Assembly: GCA_964016885.1 (NCBI GenBank)
Contig: OZ024741.1
Location: 257,982,001-258,046,000 of the forward strand
Reading direction: 5' to 3'
DNA: 64,000 nucleotides
Origin: Eledone cirrhosa
Taxonomy: Eukaryota
Part shown: positions 56,812-64,000 of the stretch, in pieces
Position numbering within the stretch: the stretch's first letter is position 1
How the letters are laid out: each line of letters starts with the position of its first letter
Translations under genes and position numbers: made by a program
Notes under the pieces: generated by a model
The model's input: only the letters and a program-made list of their open reading frames with translations
Told to the model about the DNA's origin: nothing
The model's database searches: none

Positions 56812-59800
56812 AAATAACAAATAGACGCGGTTTCAAATCTCTATGCTTTTCAAATTCATTACATTAATCTTTATTTATACGTTTCGCTTTACGAGTGTTT
56901 CGACTTACGAGTGTTTCGACTTACGAGTGTTTCGGCTTACGAGTGTTTTGACTTACGAGTGTTTTGACTTACATGTGTTTCGACTTACGCGTGTTTCGAC
57001 TTACGAGTGTTTCGACTTGCGAGTGTTTCGACTACGGGTGTTTCGACTTACGAATGTTTTGACTTACGGATGTTTTGACTTACGGGTGTTTCGGCTTACG
57101 AGTGTTTCGACTTAAGAGTGTTTCGACTTACGAGTGTTTTGACTTACGGGTGTTTTGACTTACGGTGTTTCGGCTTACGAGTGTTTCGACTTACGGGTGT
57201 TTTGACATACGAGTGTTTCGATACGAGTGTTCTGACTTACGAGTGTTCTGACTTACGAGTGTTCTGACTTACGAGTGTTCTGACTTACGAGTGTTCTGAC
57301 ATACGTGTGTTCTGACTTACGAGTGTTCCGATTTACGAGTGTTTCGGCTTATGAGTGTTTCGACTTACGTATGTTTTTGCTTACGGGTGTTTCGACTTAC
57401 GAAAGTTTTTGCTTACGAGTGTTTCGGCTTACGAGTGTTTCGACTTACGAAAATAACAAATAGACGCGGTTTCAAATCTCTATGCTTTTCAAATTCATTA
57501 CATTAATCTTTATTTACACGTTTCGCTTTACGAGTGTTTCGACTTACGAGTGTTCCGACTTACGAGTGTTTCGACTTACGAGTGTTTCGACTTACGAGTG
57601 TTTCGACTTACGAGTGTTTCGACTTACGAGTGTTTTGACTTACGAGTGTTCTGACTTACGAGTGTTCTGACTTACGAGTGTTTCGACATACGAGTGTTCT
57701 GACTTACGAGTGTTCTGACTTACGAGTGTTCCGACTTACGAGTGTTTCGACTTACGAGTGTTTCGACTTACGAGTGTTTCGACTTACGAGTGTTTCGGCT
57801 TACGAGTGTTTTGACTTACGAGTGTTCTGACTACGAGTGTTCTGACTTACGAGTGTTTCGGCTTATGAGTGTTTCGACTCACGAGTGTTTCGGCTTATGA
57901 GTGTTTCGACTTACGAGTGTTTCGGCTTACGAGTGTTTCGACTTACGAGTGTTTCGACTTACGAGTGTTTCGACTTACGGGTGTTTCGACTTACGAGTGT
58001 TTCGACTACGAGTGTTTCGACTTACGAGTGTTTCGGCTTACGAGTGTTTCGACATACGGGTGTTTCGACTTACGGTGTTTCGGCTTACGAGTGTTTCGAC
58101 TTACGAGTGTTCTGACTTACGAGTGTTCTGACTTATGAGTGTTCTGACTTACGAGTGTTCTGACTTACGAGTGTTCCGACTTACGAGTGTTTTGGCTTAC
58201 GAGTGTTTCGGCTTACGAGTGTTTCGACTTACGAATGTTTCGACTTACGAGTGTTTCGACTTACGAGTGTTTAGACTTACGAGTGTTTTGACTTACGGTG
58301 TTTCGGCTTACGAGTGTTTCGACTTACGAGTGTTTTGACTTACGAGTGTTTTGACATAAGAGTGTTTCGATACGAGTGTTTCGACTTACGAGTGTTCTGA
58401 CTTACGAGTGTTCTGACTTACGAGTGTTCTGACTTACGAGTGTTCTAACTTACGAGTGTTCTGACTTACGAGTGTTCTGACTTACGAGTGTTCCGACTTA
58501 CGAGTGTTTCGGCTCACCAGTGTTTCGGCTTACGAGTGTTTTGACTTACGAAAATAACAAATAGACGCGGTTTCAAATCTCTATGCTTTTCAAATTCATT
58601 ACATTAATCTTTATTTATACGTTTCGCTTTACGAGTGTTTCGACTTACGAGTGTTTCGACTTACGAGTGTTTCGGCTTACGATTGTTTTGACTTACGAGT
58701 GTTTTGACTTACATGTGTTTCGACTTACGCGTGTTTCGACTTACGAGTGTTTCGACTTGCGAGTGTTTCGACTACGGGTGTTTCGACTTACGAATGTTTT
58801 GACTTACGGATGTTTTGACTTACGGGTGTTTCGGCTTACGAGTGTTTCGACTTACGAGTGTTCTGACTTACGAGTGTTCTGACTTACGGGTGTTCTGACT
58901 TACGAGTGTTCCGACTTACGAGTGTTTCGGCTTAAGAGTGTTTCGGATTACGAGTGCTTCGACTTACGAGTGTTTCGGCTTACGAGTGTTTCGACTTACG
59001 AGTGTTCTGACTACGAGTGTTCTGACTTACGGGTGTTCTGACTTACGAGTGTTCCGACTTACGAGTGTTTCGACTTACGAGTGTTTCGGCTTTCGGGTGT
59101 TTAGACTTACGAGTGTTTCGGGTTACGAGTGTTTCGACTTACGAATGTTTTCGCTTACGAGTGTTTCGGCTTACGAGTGTTTCGACTTACGAGTGTTTCG
59201 ACTTACGAGTGTTTTGACTTACGGTTTTTCGGCTTGCGAGTGTTTCGACATACGAGTGTTTTGACTTACGGGCGTTTCGACTTACGGGTGTTTCGACTTA
59301 CGAGTGTTTCGACTTACGAGTGTTCTGACTTACGAGTGTTCTGACTTACGAGTGTTCCGACTTACGAGTGTTTCGGCTTACGAGTGTTTCGACATACGAG
59401 TGTTTTGACTTACGAAAATAATAAATAGACGCGGTTTCAAATCTCTATGCTTTTCAAGTTCATTACATTAATCTTTATTTATACGTTTCGCTTTACGAAT
59501 GTTTCGACTTACGAGTGTTTCGGCTTACGAGTGTTTCGACTTACGAGTGTTCTGACTACGAGTGTTGTGACTTACGGGTGCTCTGACTTATGAGTGTTTT
59601 GACTTACGAGAGTTTCTACTTACGAGTGTTTCGACTTACGGGTGTTTCGGCTTACGAGTGTTTCGACTTACGAGTGTTTTGACTTACGAATGTTTTGCCT
59701 TACGGGTGTTCCGGTTTACGAGTGTTTCGACTCACGAGTATTCTGACTTACGAGTGTTCCGACTTACGGGTGTTTCGACTTACGAGTGTTTCGACTTACG

Positions 59801-61500
59801 AGTGTTCCGACTTACGAGGGTTTCGGCTTACGGGTGTTCCGACTTACGAGTATTTTCGGCTTACGAGTGTTTCGACTTACGAGTGTTTTGACTTACGGGT
59901 GTTTTGACATACGAGTGTTTCGATACGAGTGTTCTGACTTACGAGTGTTCTGACTTACGAGTGTTCTGACTTACGAGTGTTCCGACTTACGAGTGTTTCG
60001 GCTCACGAGTGTTTCGGCTTACGAGTGTTTCGACTTACGAAAATAATAAATAGACGCGGTTTCAAATCTCTATGCTTTTCAAGTTCATTACATTAATCTT
60101 TATTTATACGTTTCGCTTTACGAATGTTTCGACTTACCAGTGTTTCGGCTTACGATTGTTTTGACTTACGAGATTTTTGACTTACGGGTCTTTCGACTTA
60201 GGAGTGTTTCGACTTACGAGTGTTTCGGCTTACAAGTGTTTCGTCTTACGAGTGTTTCGGCTTACGAGTGTTTCGACTTACGAGTGTTCTGAGTACGAGT
60301 GTTCTGACTTACGGGTGTTCTGACTTACGAGTGTTCCGACTTGCGAGTGTTTCGGCTTATGAATGTTTCGACTTACGAGTGTTTCGGCTTACGAGTGTTT
60401 CGACTTACGAGTGTTTCGGCTTACGATTGTTTCGACTTACGAATGTTTTTGCTTACGAGTGTTTCGACTTACGAGTGTTTTGATTTACGGTGTTTCGGCT
60501 TACGAGTGTTTCGACTTACGAGTGTTTTTACTTACGGGTGTTTTGACATACGAGTGTTTCGATACGAGTGTTCTGACTTACGAGTGTTCTGACTTGCGAG
60601 TGTTCCGACTTACGAGTGTTTCGGCTTACGAGTGTTTCGACATACGAGTTTTTTAACTTACGGATGTTTCGACTTACGTGTGTTTCGACTTACGAGTGTT
60701 TCGGCTTACGAGTGTTTCGGCTTACGAGTGTTTCGGCTCACGAGTGTTTCGACTTACGAGTGTTTCGACTTACGAGTGTTTCGACTTAAGAGTGTTTCGA
60801 CTTACGAGTGTTTCGACTTACGAGTGATTTTGCCATACGGGTGTTTCGGTTTACGAGTGTTTCGACTTACGAGTGTTCTGACTTACGAGTGTTCCGACTT
60901 ACGAGTGTTTCGACTTACGAGTGTTTTGACTTACGAGTGTTCCGACCTAGAGCGTTTCGGCTTATGGGAGTTCCGACCTACGAGTGTTTCGACTTACGAG
61001 TGTTTTGACTTACGAGTGTTTTGACTTACGAGTGTTTTGACTTACGGTGTTTCGACTTCCGAGTGTTTTGACTTACGGGTGTTTTGACATACGAGTGTTT
61101 CGATACAAGTGTTCTGACTTCCGAGTGTTTTGACTTACGAGTGTTCTGACTTACGAGTGTTCTGACTTACGAGTGTTCTGACTTACGAGTGTTCCGATTT
61201 ACGAGTGTTTCGGCTTATGAGTGTTTCGACTTACGAATGTTTTTGCTTACGGGCGTTTCGACTTACGAATGTTTTTGCTTACGAGTGTTTCGGCTTACGA
61301 GTGATTCGACTTACGAGTGTTTTGACTTAAGGGTGTTTTGACTTACGGGTGTTGTGAATTACGAGTGTTCCGATTTACGAGTGTTTTGACTTACGGTGTT
61401 TCGGCTTACGAGTTATTCGACTTACGAATGTTTCGGCTTATGAGTGTTTCGACTTACTAATGTTTTTACTTACGAGTGTTTCGGCGTACGAGTGTTTTAA
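56812..61500 (+). repeat. HOR copy 6, partial, switching to a variant haplotype
   Basis: Elements a-e start at 56812, 57451, 58552, 59416 and 60041. The fifth element has AATAATAAATA rather than the usual e-type AATAATAGATA. Confidence 0.9.
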
Positions 61501-64000
61501 CTTACGAGTGTTTCGACTTACGAGTGTTTTGACTTACGAGTGTTTTGACTTACGGGTGTTTCGGCTTACGAGTGTTTCGACTTACGAGTGTTTCGGCTGG
61601 CGAGTGTTTCGACTTACGAGTGTTTTGACTTAAGGGTGTTTCGACTTACGAGTGTTTCGACTTACGAGTGTTTCGACTTACGAGTGTTTTGGCTTACGAA
61701 TGTTTTGACTTACGGGTGTTTCGACTTACGGGTGTTTCGACTTACGAGTGTTTCGACTTACGAGTGTTTTGACTTACGAGTGTTCTGACTTACGAGTGTT
61801 CTGACTTAAGAGTGTTCCGACTTACGAGTGTTCCGACTTACGAGTGTTTCGGCTTACGAGTGTTTCGGCTTACGAGTGTTTCGGCTTACGAGTGTTTTGA
61901 CTTACGAGTGTTCTGACTACGAGTGTTCTGACTTACGGGTGTTCTGACTTACGAGTGTTCCGACTTACGAGTGTTTCGGCTTATGAGTGTTTCGACTTAC
62001 GGGCGTTTCGACTTACGCGTGTTTCGACTTACGAGTGTTTTGACTTACGAGTGTTCTGACTTAGGAGTGTTCTGACTTACGAGTGTTTCGGCTTACGCGT
62101 GTTTCGACGTACGAGTATTTTTGGCTTACGAGTGTTTCGACTTACGAGTGTTTTGAATTACGATTGTTTCGGCTTACGAGTGTTTCGACTTACGAGTATT
62201 TCGACTTACGAGTGTTTTGACTTATGGGTGTTTTGACATACGATTGTTTCGATACGAGTGCTCTGACTTACGAGTGTTCTGACTTACGAGTGTTCTGACC
62301 TACGAGTGTTCTGACTTACGGGTGTTCTGACTTACGTGTGTTCCGACTTACGAGTGTTTCGGCTATGGGTGTTTCGACTTACGAGTGTTTCGACTTACGA
62401 ATGTTTTGGCTTACGAGTGTTTCGGCTTACGAGTGTTTCGACTTACGAATGTTTTGGCTTACGAGTGTTTCGGCTTACGGGTGTTTCGACTAATGAGTGT
62501 TTCGACTTACGAGTGTTTTGACTTACGGTGTTTCGGCTTACGAGTTATTTGACATACGAGTGTTTCGACTTACGGGTGTTTCGACTTACGGGTGTTTCGA
62601 CTTACGAGTGTTCTGACTTACGAGTGTTCTGACTTACGAGTGTTCTGACTTACGAGTGTTTCGACTTACGAGTGTTTCGGTTTACGAGTGTTTCGACACA
62701 CGAGTGTTTTGACTTACGGGGGTTTCGACTTACTGTTGTTTCGACTTACGGGTGTTTCGGCTTACGAGTGTTTCGACTTACTAATGTTTTTACTTACGAG
62801 TGTTTCGGTGTACGAGTGTTTCGACTTAAGGATGTTTCGGCTTACGAGTGTTTCGACTTACGAGTGTTTCGGCTTACGTGAGTTTCGACTTAAGGGTGTT
62901 TTGACTTACGGGTGTTGTGAATTACGAGTGTTCCGATTTACGAGTGTTTTGACTTACGGTGTTTCGGCTTACGAGTTATTCGACTTACGAATGTTTTGAC
63001 TTACGGGTGTTTCGGCTTGCGAGTGTTTCGACTTACGAGTGTTTCGGCTTATGAGTGTTTCGACTTACTAATGTTTTTACTTACGAGTGTTTCGGCGTAC
63101 GAGTGTTTTGACTTACGAGTGTTTCGACTTACGAGTGTTTTGACTTACGAATGTTTTGACTTACGGGTGTTTCGGCTTACAAGTGTTCCGACTTACGAGT
63201 GTTTCGGCTGGCGAGTGTTTCGACTTACGAGTGTTTTGACTTAAGGGTGTTTCGACTGACGAGTGTTTCGACTTACGAGTGTTTCGACTTACGAGTGTTT
63301 CAGCTTACGAGTGTTTCGACTTACGAGTGTTTCGACATACGAGTGTTTCGACTTACGAATGTTTTTGCTTACGGGTGTTTCGACTTACGAATGTTTTTGC
63401 TTACGAGTGTTTCGGTTTACGAGTGTTCCGACTTACGAGTGTTCCGACATACGAGTGTTTCGGCTTACGAGTGTTTCCGGCTTACGAGTGTTTCGACTTA
63501 CGAGTGTTTCGACTTACGAGTGTTTTGACTTACGGTGTTTCGGCTTACGAGTGATTAGACTTACGAGTGTTTTGACTTACGGGTGTTTTGACTTACGGGT
63601 GTTGTGAATTACGAGTGTTCCGATTTACGAGTGTTTTGACTTACGGTGTTTCGGCTTACGAGTGATTCGACTTACGAATGTTTTGACTTACGGGTGTTTC
63701 GACTTACGAGTGTTTTGACTTACGAATGTTTTGACTTACGGGTGTTTCGGCTTACGAGTGTTTCGACTTACGAGTGTTTCGGCTTGCGAGTGTTTTGACT
63801 TACTAATGTTTTTACTTACGAGAGTTTCGGCCTACGTGTGTTTCGACTTACGAGTGTTTTGACTTATGGGTGTTTCGACTTACGAGTGTTTCGACTTACG
63901 AGTGTTTCGACTTACGAATGTTTCGGATTACGAGTGTTTTGACTTGAGGTTGTTTCGACTTACGAGTGTTTCGATACGAGTGTTTCGACTTACGAGTGTT
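61500..64000 (+). repeat. Divergent, rearranged monomer tract with no 69-bp element
   Basis: Same monomer, but HOR landmarks are reshuffled (GTTGTGAATTACG at ~61351, ~62914 and ~63601) and many private substitutions appear. Confidence 0.8.

Larger units (their letters stand above)
1..64000 (+). repeat. 16-bp tandem satellite array, consensus GACTTACGAGTGTTTC, extends past both window ends
   Basis: The monomer is read continuously from base 1 to 64000 in one orientation. Common variants are TTTT/TTCT/TTCC for TTTC, GGCTT for GACTT and CGGGT for CGAGT, with occasional 14-15 bp deletion monomers (GATACGAG, GACTACGAG, GACTTACGGTG). About 3,800 monomers by length arithmetic. Confidence 0.99.

Noticed and set aside
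297-60109. CRISPR-like array with the 69-bp element or the 16-mer as the repeat
   Set aside because: There are no unique spacers, spacing is 0.5-4 kb of satellite, repeat sizes are wrong, and no cas genes or leader are present.
328-63607. Hundreds of 60-139 aa plus-strand ORFs (YECFDLRVFRLTSVST repeats) and none on minus
   Set aside because: The 16-bp consensus has no plus-strand stop, so 48 bp encodes the same 16-aa peptide in all frames. ORFs end at TGA made by TTTGAC/TCTGAC variants, and the minus strand has TAA every 16 bp. They overlap in all frames and frame is not conserved.
1-64000. Telomerase-made long telomeric repeat (TG-rich strand, 16 bp as in some yeasts)
   Set aside because: There are no G-runs, the length is at least 64 kb, and kb-scale HORs with inherited variants and embedded elements indicate recombinational amplification rather than templated addition.
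1-64000. Plasmid or phage iterons, or a viral repeat origin
   Set aside because: Thousands of copies with no rep or other gene in 64 kb is far outside known iteron arrays.
1-64000. Pure sequencing or assembly artefact, or a synthetic concatemer
   Set aside because: Hierarchically shared variants, indels in multiples of 16 and distinct haplotypes look like real evolution. Exact copy numbers still need read support.

Overview
The whole 64 kb is one non-coding, head-to-tail tandem array, most likely eukaryotic satellite DNA; the organism cannot be determined from the sequence. The monomer is 16 bp (consensus GACTTACGAGTGTTTC, 44% GC, two CpG per unit, roughly 3,800 copies) and I saw no inversion. 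A near-invariant 69-bp, ~75% AT element (AAATAACAAATAGACGCGGTTTCAAATCTCTATGCTTTTCAAATTCATTACATTAATCTTTATTTATAC) interrupts the array 42 times, always at the same position in a monomer (after GACTTACGA, before GTTTCGCTTTACG). Monomer variants and five element subtypes (a-e) define a ~7.2-7.4 kb higher-order repeat (HOR), with five complete copies and one partial copy from 20.45 kb to the end. There is also a locally amplified ~2.8 kb derived HOR (9.8-20.4 kb), a deletion junction at ~5.2 kb, traces of a multi-HOR duplication offset by ~21.85 kb, and an older-looking, more disordered layer after ~61.5 kb. All listed ORFs are by-products of the monomer, which is stop-free on + and carries TAA every 16 bp on -. 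No genes, RNAs, CRISPR or intact mobile element are supported. The best lead, which is inference and untested, is that the monomer resembles a CENP-B-box / pogo-Tigger terminal-repeat motif, making this a candidate transposon-derived centromeric or heterochromatic array punctuated by a conserved AT-rich element. All counts and coordinates were read by eye with the help of the ORF track.
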